From the NCBI GenBank assembly GCA_963843575.1, contig CAWJKZ010000017.1:64001-128000 (forward strand): a stretch of 64,000 nucleotides of DNA. Reading direction: 5' to 3'. This document shows positions 40,482 through 51,722 of the stretch, piece by piece (position 1 is the stretch's first letter; the number at the start of each line of letters is the position of its first letter). The translations under genes and the position numbers were made by a program. The stretch comes from an uncultured Acidobacteriota bacterium. GTDB lineage: Bacteria; Acidobacteriota; UBA6911. Under the pieces are notes generated by a model that was given only the letters and a program-made list of their open reading frames with translations, was not told the DNA's origin and did not search any database.

Positions 40482-43400
40482 ATGCCGAGCAAGCTCCTGC
40501 AGTGTCGCGTGATTCTCCTCTGCCTCGGGGCCCTGCCCGCGATGGCCCAACCGCAGGCGCGGGTGGACCAGTTCTCGCCCCAGGGCACCGTAAAGAATGT
40601 GCGCCAGGCGCACGCGCGTTTCTCGGAGCCGATGGTCCCGTTCGGCGACCCGCGCTCCCCGGACAGCCCGTTCGTCGCACAGTGCTCGGAGAAGGGTGCC
40701 GGGCGATGGGTCGACGGCCGCAACTGGGTCTTCGACTTCGACCGCAATCTCCCGGCCGGGATCCGCTGCGAGTTTCGGCTGCGCGACGGTTTGAGGACGC
40801 TCGCCGGCGGCTTGGTTTCCGGCCCTCAACGGTTCGCCTTCTCCACCGGCGGGCCGGCCATCCTGTCGTCGCGGCCGTGGGAGGGTTCGGACTATGTCGA
40901 CGAGGAGCAGGTTTTTCTGCTTGAACTCGACAGCGAAGCGTCCGAGCAAAGCGTTCTCGCGAACACGTCGTTCACGGTCGAAAAGCTCCCCGACCGCATT
41001 GGGGTGCGGATCGTAACCGGGGAACAGCGCGACGCCATCCTGAAGGCCGAGTTTCCAAGGGCCGAGCATCGCCCGGCCCACACGCTGCTGATCCAGGCCG
41101 TGAGGCGGCTCCCAGCCGGCGCGCGCGTCAGCCTGGTCTGGGGGCGTGGCGTCAGCACGCCCGGAGGAGTGGCAACCGAGACCGACCAGGTGCTCCCGTT
41201 TGTCGTGCGCACGCCTTTCACCGCCACCTTCCACTGCCAGCGCGAAAACCCCCAGGCCGAGTGCGTCCCGGTGTCGCCCATGCGCCTGTCCTTCTCGGCG
41301 CCGGTTCTGTGGACCGACGTCCGTGATGCCGTGCTGAAGGGCCCCGGCGGCAAGCGCTGGTCCCCGAAACCTCCGGGGCCCGACGAAGAGGAGGATTCCC
41401 GCTTCGTCACGGACCTCTCCTTCGAGGGGCCGTTCCCGGAGAGGTCGTCATTTTCCATCGAGATCCCCGCGGGGCTGAAGGACGACTCCGGGCGCAGCCT
41501 GTCGAATTCCGGCGCCTTCCCTGTCACGGTCCGAACGGACGAGTATCCGCCGCTGGCGAAGTTCTCCTCACATTTCGGCATCCTCGAGTGGAAGGGCAGC
41601 CCCGTGCTCCCTGTGACCCTGAGAAACGTCGAGCCGACGGTGGCCGGCCGGTCGATGCAGGTCACCGGGGGAGAGCGGGACGTAGACCCGCCCGAGCCGA
41701 ATGCGGCCGAACTGCCGGTCGCGGGAAGCTTGCGCGGCCGGGTACTGCGGGTGCCGACGGAACAGGCCGGTCAGATGATGCACTGGATCGCGAAGGTGCG
41801 TGGCCGGAGCTGGGAGGACCGCGACAAATCAGTCTTCGGCCCGGTGACGAAGGAGAAGGCGGGATCCTTCACCATCCCGAAGCCCGGCGGAGGGAAGGCG
41901 TTCGAAGTCGTCGGCATCCCGATGAAAGCTCCCGGCTTCTACGTCGTCGAGATCGAGAGCGAAATCCTGGGCGCCGCGTTGCTCGGGCCAGCCCAAGCCG
42001 ATGTACGTACCGACGACGGTGCTGGTCACGAACCTCTCCGTCCATTTCAAGCGGGGTCTCGAATCGTCGCTCGTCTGGGTCACCACGCTGGACAAGGCTC
42101 GTCCGGTCGCGGGCGCAACCGCCGAGATCACCGACTGCACGGGAGCCCGGCTCTGGCAGGGCAAGACAGACCGAGACGGCATCGCGCGTCCCGCAGGGAT
42201 CCCCGCGCAGGGACGCCAGTATCCGGAGTGCGCCGCGGAAGGCGACGAGCCGGGGCTCACGGTGACGGCCCGGCTCGGGTCCGACATGGCCTTCGTCCAC
42301 ACAACCTGGAACGAGGGGATCGAGCCCTGGAGATTCCAGATTCCCACGGAGTACGACGACAGCCTCGCCGCCGCACACACGGTTTTCGACCGGCCGCTCT
42401 TCCGGGCCGGCGAAACCGTGCACATGAAGCATTTCCTACGCAGGCACGGCACGGCGGGCTTCTCCCTGATGCGCCCGGAGGAGCTGCCCGCCCGCGGGCA
42501 CATCAGCCACCTCGGCACCAACCAGCGGTATCCCCTCGCGCTCAAGTGGGATGCCGGCGGGACCGCGGAGTCCTCCTGGACCATACCCCGGGAGGCCAAG
42601 CTGGGCGAGTACCAGGTCGTGCTGGGCGAGGAGCCGATCCCGCGGCACGGCCGGTACGACCCCCGTCTACTATGCAGGAATGTTCAGGGTCGAGGAGTAT
42701 CGCGTCCCGCTCATGCGCGGCATCATCCGGCCCCCGGCGGGTCCCCTCGTCGCCCCGGTCTCGGTTCCCATCGACCTGACCGTGACCTACCTGGCCGGGA
42801 GGTACCGCCGGCGAACACGCCGGTGAAATTCAGGTACGACGTGCACCCCGGCGGGGTCCGTCCTCTCGAGGGTTTCGAAGAGTTCGTGTTCTCGAACGGA
42901 AAGACGCGTGAGGGCCTGCAGCGCGGCGACGAGGAGATGGAACCGGAGACCCGGTTCGAGCTGAAGAGCACGGACCTCGTGCTCGACGGCTCCGGGTCGG
43001 CCCGGACCGTGATCTCGATCCTGCCCCGCGTCGAGGCGCCCCAGGAGATTCTGGCCGAGCTCGAGTTCCGCGACCCCAACGGCGAGGTGCAGACCGTGGC
43101 GTCGCGCATAACCCTGCTCCCCGCCGACCGCTACATCGGGATCCGCCCGGACTCGTGGACGCTGAACCGGGAGGCACTCAAGTTCCAGATCGCGGTGACC
43201 GATCTCGTCCGGCAAACCGGTGGCCCAGGCGCCCGTGCGCGTGGACCTGCTGCAGCGCAGAACCTATTCCCACCGCAAGCGCCTCGTCGGGGGCTTCTAC
43301 GCTTACGAACACGCGACGGAAACGAAGCGGCTCCAAACCCTGTGCGAGGGCACGACCGACGGCAAGGGGCTGCTTCTGTGCGACAAGGTCTCCCCGGCCT

Positions 43401-46157
43401 CGGGAAACCTGATCCTGCAGGCCGTCACCCGGGACTCGGCGGGACGCGAGGCGGCGGCAAACCGGCCGGTGTGGGTCGCCGGCAAGGAAGAGTGGTGGTT
43501 CCGGGCCGAGGACAGCGACCGCATCGACGTGATTCCGGAGGCGCGCCGTTACGAACCGGGCGATAAGGCTCGGCTGCAGGTCCGTATGCCGTTCCGCAAG
43601 GCCACCGCCCTGATCAGCGTCGAGCGCGAAGGGGTGGCCGACGCGTTCGTCCGCCAACTCTCGGGTAAGGAGCCGGTAATCGAGATCCCGGTCAGGGGCG
43701 AGTTCGCGCCCAACATCTTCATATCCGTCCTCGTCGTGCGCGGCCGGGTCGGCGACATCCGGCCCACCGCCACCGTGGACTTGGGCCGGCCCGCGTACAA
43801 GCTGGGTATCGCGCAATTCAACGTCGGTTGGCGCGCCCACGAATTGCGGGTCAAGGTCGCCGCCGATCGGCCCGTGTACAAGGTGCGGGAGAAGGCGCGC
43901 GTCTCCATCGCCGTCTCGACTGCGGACGCGAAGCCCTTGCCGCGCGGCGCCGAGGTGGCAGTGGCCGCGGTCGACGAGGGGTTGCTCGAACTGATGCCCA
44001 ACCAGAGCTGGCAACTGCTCGAAGCCATGATGGGGACCCGCGGCTACGCGGTGCAGACGTCCACGGCCCAGATGCACATCATCGGCAAGAGGCATTTCGG
44101 CCTCAAGGCACTCCTCCAGGGTGGCGGCGGGGGAGCACAGTCCACCCGCGAGCTGTTCGACACGCTGCTGCTCTGGAAAGGCCGCGTGCCGCTCGACGCC
44201 AAAGGGGAAGCGACCCTGGAGGTCCCGCTCAACGACTCGATCACGAGTTTCCGGATCGTGGCGATCGCCAGCGGCGGGCCGGACCGTTTCGGCACCGGCT
44301 CGACCTCCATCCGCGCGACGCAGGACCTCATGATCTTTTCCGGAATCGCGCCGGTCGTGCGCGAAGGGGACCGGTTCCGGTCGGAATTCACCGTGCGCAA
44401 CGCCACCGAGCGCGCGCTGGAGGTGCGGGTTTCCGCCCGCGTGCCGCAACACAAGGAACCCCTGCCCGCCGAATCGTTGAATCTCGCCGCCGGCGCGTCG
44501 CGTGTGATCGGCTGGAACCTCACGGCCCCCGCCGGGGTCGATTCGCTCCGGTACGAGGTCGAGGCCGCCGGGCCAGCCGGGATCGGCGACCGCCTGGCTG
44601 TGACCCAGAAAGTGGTGCCGGCCATCCCCGTCCGAACCTTCCAGGCGACTCTGACGCAACTCGAGGCTGCCCTGCGGACCGACGTGGCGCGGCCTCCGGA
44701 CGCCCTCCCGGGGAGGGGAGGGGTGCAGGTTTCATTCCGCCCGAAGCTGGTGGGCAGCCTGGCCGGGGTGACCGAGTTCATGCGCCAGTACCGGTACACC
44801 TGCCTGGAACAGCTCATCTCCAGGGCGGTGGCGCTGCGCGACCTGGAGACCTGGAACCGGATCATGGAACGGCTCCCCTCCTACACCGACCGCGACGGGC
44901 TGCTGAAGTACTTCCCTTCGATGACCTACGGCAGCGAGGTGCTGACTTCCTATGCGCTGGCGGTCGCGGATGAGGCCGGCTGGATCATTCCCCCGGATTC
45001 CCTCCAGAAAATGATCTCCGGGCTGCAGGGATTCGTGCAGGGAAAGGTCTACCGCGGATCGAGCCTCCCCACGGTAGACCTGTCGCTCAGGAAGCTTTCC
45101 GCCGTCGAGGCCATCTCACGGCTGACCAAGGCGGACCCGGCGCTCCTCTCCAGCATCGCGATCGAACCGAACCTCTGGCCCACCTCCGCCGTGATCGACT
45201 GGGCAAACATCCTCCGGCGGGTTCCGGTGCGCAACCGCGACGAGCGATCCAGGGAAGCTCAGCAGATTCTTCGGTCGCGTTTGAACCTGCAGGGGACCAC
45301 GATGGGTTTTTCCACCGAAAGGTCCGATTACCTCTGGTGGCTGATGGTGTCGACCGACACGAACGCCGTCCGATTCATCCTGAGCCAGCTCGACTCGCCC
45401 GCGTGGAGAGAGGACATGTCGCGGCTCGTGCGCGGGGCGCTCGGTCGCCAGCGCCGGGGACATTGGGACACCACGGTCGCCAACGCCTGGGGTGTCCTCG
45501 CGATGCAGAAGTTCGTCGAGGCTTTCGAGAAGACCCCCGTGACCGGCTCGTCGAAGGCGACGCTGGCCGGAAAGACCGAGGCGCTCGACTGGGGCGCGGA
45601 ACCGCAGGGCAAGACCGTCTCTTTCCCCTGGCCTGCGGGCACCGGTGCGCTCGAGTTGACCGGCAGCGGTTCGGGCAAGCCCTGGGTGACCATCCAGAGC
45701 CTCGCCGCGATCCCCCTGCGCGAGCCGCTGTCGAGCGGATTCAAGATAAGAAAGACTTACACCCCGGTGGAGCAGAAAGGTAAGTGGAACGTGGAGCAGG
45801 GGGGACATCGCCCGGGTGAGGCTCGAACTCGAGGCACAGTCGGACATGACGTGGGTGGTCGTCGACGACCCGGTCCCGGCCGGGGGCTCGGTGCTCGGGA
45901 CCGGGCTCGGCAGGGATTCCTCGCTCGCCACCCGTGGCGAAAAGAGCGAGGGTTGGGTGTGGCCGGCATTCGAAGAGAGGTCATTCGAAGCCTTCCGGAG
46001 CTACTACCATTTCGTGCCCAAGGGGACCTGGACGGTGGAATACACCCTGCGCTTCAACAACGAGGGGACGATGAGCCTTCCGCCGACGCGGGTGGAGGCG
46101 CTGTACTCGCCCGAGATGTTCGGCGAAATCCCGAACCCCCCGCTCCGGGTGCAGTAA
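40482..46157 (+). CDS. Bacterial alpha-2-macroglobulin (several frameshifts)
   Basis: FSPQG, FSEPMVPFGD, DRPLFRAGETVH, VAAVDEG, thioester YTCLEQ, C-terminal PTRVEALYSPEMFG. Confidence 0.92.
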
Positions 46158-46429
46158 GGGTCTGTCACAGAATAACAGATCCACTTTGCTGGAGGCCCGC
46201 AGGCCCGCTGACAAGGCGCGAGCGACGAGCATATCCGGGGTGGTAGGTAAGGATCGAGCAACGCAGTCAGCGGGCCTGCGGGCAGCATCCCGGAGGGGCG
46301 CGGCGGCGGGCGGGCATCTGCGGCGTTGCCGCTCCTCGACGATGTCCCCACATCGCCTGCGTCGCGGCGCCTTGCAGCTGCCCGCCCGGCGCTCGCGCCA
46401 AAGTGGGCCTGTTATTCTGTGACAGAACC
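46158..46429. mobile_element. 272-bp MITE with ~31-bp TIRs and TAA target duplication
   Basis: TAA|GGGTCTGTCACAGAATAACAGATCCACTTTG ... CAAAGTGGGCCTGTTATTCTGTGACAGAACC|TAA; no coding capacity. Confidence 0.88.
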
Positions 46430-46448
46430 TAAGGCCTTTGAATTGCCT

Positions 46449-48590
46449 ATGCGGACGACTGCAAAGCTGGGACTCCTTGTTTTGGTGCTCGCCGGCATCG
46501 GGGTGAATTTCTTGACCTTGCCCGGGGCGCTCCCGGGATTCGACGAGGTCAGGGCGGGCTTCACCGCCTCCGATGCCGTCCTGGTCGACCGTCACGGTCA
46601 GGTCATCCAGGAACTCCGCCTGGACCACACGGCGCGCCGGCTGAGCTGGGTGCAGTTGAAGGACGTCTCCCCCGCCCTGCAGGCCGCGGTAATTGCGGCG
46701 GAGGACAAGCGTTTCTACAACCACACAGGGGCCGATTGGGCTTCGCTTGCCGCCGCGCTGTCCGGCATGTTAACCACCCCGCGCGGGGCCAGCACGATAA
46801 CGATGCAGCTGGTTTCGAGACTCAGGCCGGAACTGCAGCCCGCGGCGGGTCGGCGCTCGCCATGGCAGAAGTTGCGTCAGATCAGGGGCGCGCGCGCGCT
46901 TGAGCGGCGCTGGTCCAAGGCCCGGATCCTCGAGGCGTACTTGAACCTGGTGAGCTTCCGCGGGGAGCTGCAGGGTGTCGCCGCCGCTTCCGCGGGGCTT
47001 TTCGGCAAGCGGCCTCACGGGCTGGACGACATCGAGGGTGTCATCCTGGCCTCGTTGATCCGGTCGCCGAACGCCCGGCCCGCTCAGGTCGCCGCCCGGG
47101 CGGCCCTCCTGGCGCAATCGATGCGGCTCCCGCACGAGGCCCGTCTCGTTGCGGCAAAGGCCGGCGAGGCGCTGGCGCGCCCGTACGCGATCCAGCCGGA
47201 GCTCGCTCTGGCGCCGCACGTGGCCCTGCGGCTGGCCCGGGAGGCCGCCGCCGGCCGGGCAACAGGGCGCCTGGAGAGCACGCTCGACGGCGCGCTGCAA
47301 CGGTTTGCCGCCGACTCCCTCCGGCGCCATCTTGCGTCGATCGCCTCGCAGAACGTGCGCGATGGCGCGGTGCTGGTCGTCGACAACGCCACGCACGAGG
47401 TGCTCGCTTACGTGGGCAACACCGGCGAGCCCGGTCCGGCCCGTCACGTGGACGGCGTGCGGTCGCCGCGTCAGGCCGGGTCCACCCTCAAACCCATCCT
47501 GTACGCAGTCGCGTTCGAAAAACGACTGCTCACCCCGGCGTCGCTGCTCGAAGACAGCCCCCTCGAGGTGCCCGTCCCCGGGGGAGTCTACCGGCCGCGG
47601 AATTACGACAACCAGTTCCGCGGGCTGGTCACCGCCCGGACGGCGCTGGCGTCCTCGCTGAATGTGCCGGCCGTCAAGACGCTGGCCCTTACGGGCATCG
47701 ACGCGGTGGTCGAACGCCTGGGCCTGATGGGGATCGGGGGGCTTCGGTCTCCCGACTACTACGGCCCTTCGCTCGCGCTCGGCTCCGTCGACGTCACCCT
47801 GTGGGACCTCGTCACCGCCTATGGCGTCCTGGCCTCGGGCGGCGTCGCGTCACCCCTGAGGCTCTCCGCCGTGGAAGCCGCCGGGCAGGGCCGCCCGGTG
47901 CTGTCGCCCGAAGCCGTGTTCCTGGTCTCGGACATCCTCTCGGACCGGGAGAGCCGGAGCGCCACCTTCACGCTCGAGAGCCCTCTGTCCACGCGTTTCT
48001 GGTCAGCCGTGAAGACCGGTACGAGCAAGGACATGCGCGACAACTGGTGCGTCGGCTACTCGGACCGCTTCACCGTCGGGGTCTGGGTCGGGAACTTCAA
48101 CGGCGAGCCGATGTGGAACGTGAGCGGTGTTGCCGGCGCGGCGCCGGTCTGGGTGGAGGTGATGAACCGGCTGCACCGGGACCGGCCCGTCTCGTCCCCG
48201 CAACCTCCCCCCGGGATCATCCGAAGGGATGTGAGACTGGTTTCGGGTCAGAACCGGCGCGAGTGGTTTGTCCGCGGGACGGAGACCGGAGCGGTGCTGC
48301 CGGCGTCGAGCGCTGCCCCCGCCCGCATCGTCCAGCCTGCGGGCGGAACCGTGGTGGCGCTCGATCCCGACATCCCGGCCGGGCAGCAAAGGGTTTTCTT
48401 TGAAGCCAATACAAGCGACAATGCTGCGCAGTGGCTGCTGGACGGGCGGGCGCTGGGCCCCGCGCACCCGGTCTACCTCTGGGCGCCGAGACCCGGCAAA
48501 CACAGACTGGCGCTGGTGGACGGCCACAACCGGATCCAGGACGCGGTCCTGTTCGAGGTCCGCGGCGAGGACACGAGGCAGGTCCCATGA
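46449..48590 (+). CDS. pbpC: Penicillin-binding protein 1C
   Basis: EDKRFY, RGASTITMQL, RQAGSTLKP (SxxK), SLN, KTGTS; C-terminal BiPBP_C-like domain; follows A2M. Confidence 0.95.
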   Translation: MRTTAKLGLLVLVLAGIGVNFLTLPGALPGFDEVRAGFTASDAVLVDRHGQVIQELRLDHTARRLSWVQLKDVSPALQAAVIAAEDKRFYNHTGADWASLAAALSGMLTTPRGASTITMQLVSRLRPELQPAAGRRSPWQKLRQIRGARALERRWSKARILEAYLNLVSFRGELQGVAAASAGLFGKRPHGLDDIEGVILASLIRSPNARPAQVAARAALLAQSMRLPHEARLVAAKAGEALARPYAIQPELALAPHVALRLAREAAAGRATGRLESTLDGALQRFAADSLRRHLASIASQNVRDGAVLVVDNATHEVLAYVGNTGEPGPARHVDGVRSPRQAGSTLKPILYAVAFEKRLLTPASLLEDSPLEVPVPGGVYRPRNYDNQFRGLVTARTALASSLNVPAVKTLALTGIDAVVERLGLMGIGGLRSPDYYGPSLALGSVDVTLWDLVTAYGVLASGGVASPLRLSAVEAAGQGRPVLSPEAVFLVSDILSDRESRSATFTLESPLSTRFWSAVKTGTSKDMRDNWCVGYSDRFTVGVWVGNFNGEPMWNVSGVAGAAPVWVEVMNRLHRDRPVSSPQPPPGIIRRDVRLVSGQNRREWFVRGTETGAVLPASSAAPARIVQPAGGTVVALDPDIPAGQQRVFFEANTSDNAAQWLLDGRALGPAHPVYLWAPRPGKHRLALVDGHNRIQDAVLFEVRGEDTRQVP

Positions 48591-49702
48591 ACAGACGGGA
48601 ATGGCTGAAGGGCGCGGGCGCGTTCACCGCGCTGGCCCTGGAGGAAAAGACGTTGACACTCTCGGCGGGGGCTACGGCGAGCCCGGCATCGATCGAGACA
48701 AGGATCGTCCGGCTGAACCTGAAGCACACATGGACCACGACGATGTCCTCCAGCGAGTATCGCGACAACCTGCACTTGCGCTACACGTGCGACGGCGTCA
48801 CGGGGCTGGGCGAGGGGGCTCCGATCGTGCGCTATTCCGAGAATGCGGTATCGGCCCGCAGCGCCGTCGCTTCCGTCGCCGATTACTTCCGCGGCGCCGA
48901 TCCGTGGCAGTTCGAGAAGGTGATGGCCGAGGTGTTCCGCCGCATCCGGGGCGAATATGCCGCGAAGGCCGCCCTCGACATCGCCCTGATGGACTGGATC
49001 GGGCGCAAGCTGGGGGTCCCGCTGTATCGGTACTTCGGGCTGGACCCCGCCGACGCGCCGGTCACCACGATTTCGATCGGCATCGACACGCCGGAGGTCA
49101 CGCGCCGGAAAGTGGCCGAGGCGGCACAGTTCCCCGTCCTGAAGATCAAGGTCGGGTTGAAAACCGACGAGGCCACCATCGAGGCGGTGCGGAGCGTGAC
49201 GAAAAAACCGCTCCGTGTCGACGCCAATGAAGGGTGGAAGGACAAGGAGGAGGCCGTACGCAAGATCAACTGGCTCGAGAGCCAGGGCGTCGAGTTTGTC
49301 GAGCAGCCGCTGCCCGCGGCGATGCTGGAGGAGACCCGCTGGGTGCGCTCCCGGGTGCACATCCCGATCATCGCCGACGAGGCGTGCCTGCACCCGGCCG
49401 ACATCCCTCGCCTGGCCGCGTCCTTCGACGGCGTGAACATCAAGCTCATGAAGGCGGGCGGAATGCTCGAGGCGATGCGGATGATCCAGATGGCGCGGGC
49501 GCTCGGGCTCAAGACGATGCTCGGGTGCATGATCGAGAGCTCGATCGGGGTCACCGCCGCCGCGCACCTTTCGCCGCTGGTCGACTACGCGGACTTGGAC
49601 GGCAACCTGCTGATCGCGAACGACCCTTTCTCCGGGGTCAGTGTGCGGGAGGGCAAGCTGGTGCTGCCCGATGCGCCTGGTCTCGGGCTTCACGAGGCAT
49701 GA
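48587..49702 (+). CDS. Dipeptide (L-Ala-D/L-Glu) epimerase, enolase superfamily, with Tat signal
   Basis: MNRREWLK, LKIKVG, RVDANEGW, EQP, IADE, NIKLMKAGG, GCMIES, DLDG; ATGA overlap with pbpC. Confidence 0.92.
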   Translation: MNRREWLKGAGAFTALALEEKTLTLSAGATASPASIETRIVRLNLKHTWTTTMSSSEYRDNLHLRYTCDGVTGLGEGAPIVRYSENAVSARSAVASVADYFRGADPWQFEKVMAEVFRRIRGEYAAKAALDIALMDWIGRKLGVPLYRYFGLDPADAPVTTISIGIDTPEVTRRKVAEAAQFPVLKIKVGLKTDEATIEAVRSVTKKPLRVDANEGWKDKEEAVRKINWLESQGVEFVEQPLPAAMLEETRWVRSRVHIPIIADEACLHPADIPRLAASFDGVNIKLMKAGGMLEAMRMIQMARALGLKTMLGCMIESSIGVTAAAHLSPLVDYADLDGNLLIANDPFSGVSVREGKLVLPDAPGLGLHEA

Positions 49703-49745
49703 GCGCCAACAACGCGTTACTGAAGGTGTCAGCCGGGGGAGGTCT

Positions 49746-50066
49746 ATGGAGCTGCGTCGCAGTCCGCGTTTCGAGCTGAATCAGCGGGTCACCGTCACAA
49801 ACCTGGAGAACAAGACCACGGCGCCGGCGCGGCTCGCCAACTTCTCGACCAACGGCGTGCGCCTCCTTGTCGACGTGCGGATCCCTACCGGCGCGCTGTT
49901 GAAGGTCGAGTGGGGGACCACCCTGCTCCTGGGCGAGGTGATCTACTGCCTCCCGGAGGAAAGCGGGTTCTCCGTCGGCATGGAACTGGAACACGCCCTG
50001 TACGACACCAAGGCGCTCGCCAGCCAGATGGCCCCCCGGCCGGCCGAGGGCAAACCCCCCGAGTAG
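49746..50066 (+). CDS. Stand-alone PilZ domain protein
   Basis: RRSPR (RxxxR) and NFSTNG (D/NxSxxG) c-di-GMP motifs. Confidence 0.85.
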   Translation: MELRRSPRFELNQRVTVTNLENKTTAPARLANFSTNGVRLLVDVRIPTGALLKVEWGTTLLLGEVIYCLPEESGFSVGMELEHALYDTKALASQMAPRPAEGKPPE

Positions 50067-50082
50067 CTCGCGGCCGCAGGCC

Positions 50083-51624
50083 CTATCGGTTCGCCTCCCG
50101 GGGCGAGGCGCGGACCGCGCGGTCGTAGGCCCACGAACGTATGTGGTCGACCTGCTCGCGCATAGTCTTGGAAAGCGGGATCACATTCAAGGCGGCCGCG
50201 TGAAGGTCGTCGAACGTGAGCGTCCGGTCCTCCAGCCGCACGGTCGTGATGGCCGACACGACGCACTGCTCGATCTCGGCCCCCGTCCAGCCCTGCGTGA
50301 TCCTGCGCAGCCGGTTCAACTGCATCGACTCGGGATCGATGCCCCGCTTCCCGAGGTGAATGCGGAAGATCTCGACCCGTTCCTCCTCGCCAGGGAGGTC
50401 GATGAAAAAGACCTCGTCGAACCGCCCCTTGCGGATCATCTCGGCGGGCAGGAGGTCGATGCGGTTGGCCGTGGCCGCGACAAAAAGCCCGCGCGCCTTC
50501 TCCTGCATCCAGGTGAGGAAGAAGGCGAAGATGCGTCCGAGGTTCGTGGCCTCCTGGCCCGCCTGGCCCGTCAGCCCCATCTCGATCTCGTCGAACCAGA
50601 CCACGGCAGGGGACATCGCTTCGACCACGCGGCACGCCTCGACGAAGGCCCCGTCCGGGTTGCCGTGCCGGCCCGAGAAGACCTCGATCATGTCGATGCG
50701 ATACAGCGGGAGCCCGAAACAAGCGGCGATGGCCTTCACCGACAGGCTCTTGCCGCACCCGGAAACGCCCATGACTAGAAGCCCCTTGGGCACGATCTCC
50801 GCCGAGAGGCTGTCGCGTTCGACAAACAGCTTTCGGCGCTCCAGCAGCCATTTCTTGAGGTACTCGAGGCCGCCGACGTGCTCGATCCGGGTCCCGTCCG
50901 CGACGTATTGAATAAGCCCGGATTTGTTCACAATGAGCTTCTTCTCTTCCAGCAGGTGGGGCAGGGCGCCGACGTCCAGCCTGCCATTCAGCGCAAGTGC
51001 GCGCCTCAACGCGTGGTGGCCCTCCTCGATCGTGAGCCCCTGGAGGGCGCGCGCGACGCTGAACACGGTTTCGCTCCGCGTGTCGACTTCGACCCCGCGC
51101 CCCTTCATCCGATCGGTTTCGCGCCGGACGAACGCGAGCATCTCTTCCAGATCCGGAGTCTGCAGGTCCATCAGGGCCAGTTGCCGGGAGAGTTCCTCCG
51201 GGACGGTCCGCAGCGGCGAGGTGACCACCACGAACTTGTCCCGGTCCAGGCCGAGCTCGTACAGGTCGCGCATGCGGCGGCGGATTTCCGGGTCGGCGTT
51301 CAGGAACTCGTGAAAATCCTTGAGGTGAAAGAACGCCGGCTCCGCGTGCTGGGCGATGTGGTCGAGCACGGCGCGCGCGCCCAGCGGCAGGGCCTCGGCG
51401 ATCCCGGGACCGGTCAAGCCGCCGGTGGCGCTCCAGGAGTAGACCGGGAGCGGACGGGGGAAAAGACGTCCGGCGGCCTCCTCCACCAGGTCGTGGGCCC
51501 GCCGCTCCTCCGGGGAGCAGATGTAGATCAGCGGGCGCCCGCCCTGGATCAGTTCCGCAAGGGCAGCGAAAGCCCGTCCGGCAGGCCGGGCCACGGGTTC
51601 TTTTCGAACTTTTTGAGTGCTCAT
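50083..51624 (-). CDS. Ycf46-like AAA+ ATPase
   Basis: VGGLEYLKKWL, GVSGCGKS, VWFDEIE, ATANRIDLLPAEMIRKGRFDEVFFIDLP, PLSKTMREQV. Confidence 0.9.
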   Translation of the reverse strand: MSTQKVRKEPVARPAGRAFAALAELIQGGRPLIYICSPEERRAHDLVEEAAGRLFPRPLPVYSWSATGGLTGPGIAEALPLGARAVLDHIAQHAEPAFFHLKDFHEFLNADPEIRRRMRDLYELGLDRDKFVVVTSPLRTVPEELSRQLALMDLQTPDLEEMLAFVRRETDRMKGRGVEVDTRSETVFSVARALQGLTIEEGHHALRRALALNGRLDVGALPHLLEEKKLIVNKSGLIQYVADGTRIEHVGGLEYLKKWLLERRKLFVERDSLSAEIVPKGLLVMGVSGCGKSLSVKAIAACFGLPLYRIDMIEVFSGRHGNPDGAFVEACRVVEAMSPAVVWFDEIEMGLTGQAGQEATNLGRIFAFFLTWMQEKARGLFVAATANRIDLLPAEMIRKGRFDEVFFIDLPGEEERVEIFRIHLGKRGIDPESMQLNRLRRITQGWTGAEIEQCVVSAITTVRLEDRTLTFDDLHAAALNVIPLSKTMREQVDHIRSWAYDRAVRASPREANR

Positions 51625-51722
51625 GATCGCTTCGAATGTTACATGATCCGCGCCTCTTTTCTCTATACAATGATCGGGGGGGCCCGGGTTCACCGACCCG
51701 GTCCCGCCCCCGAAGGGGACCG

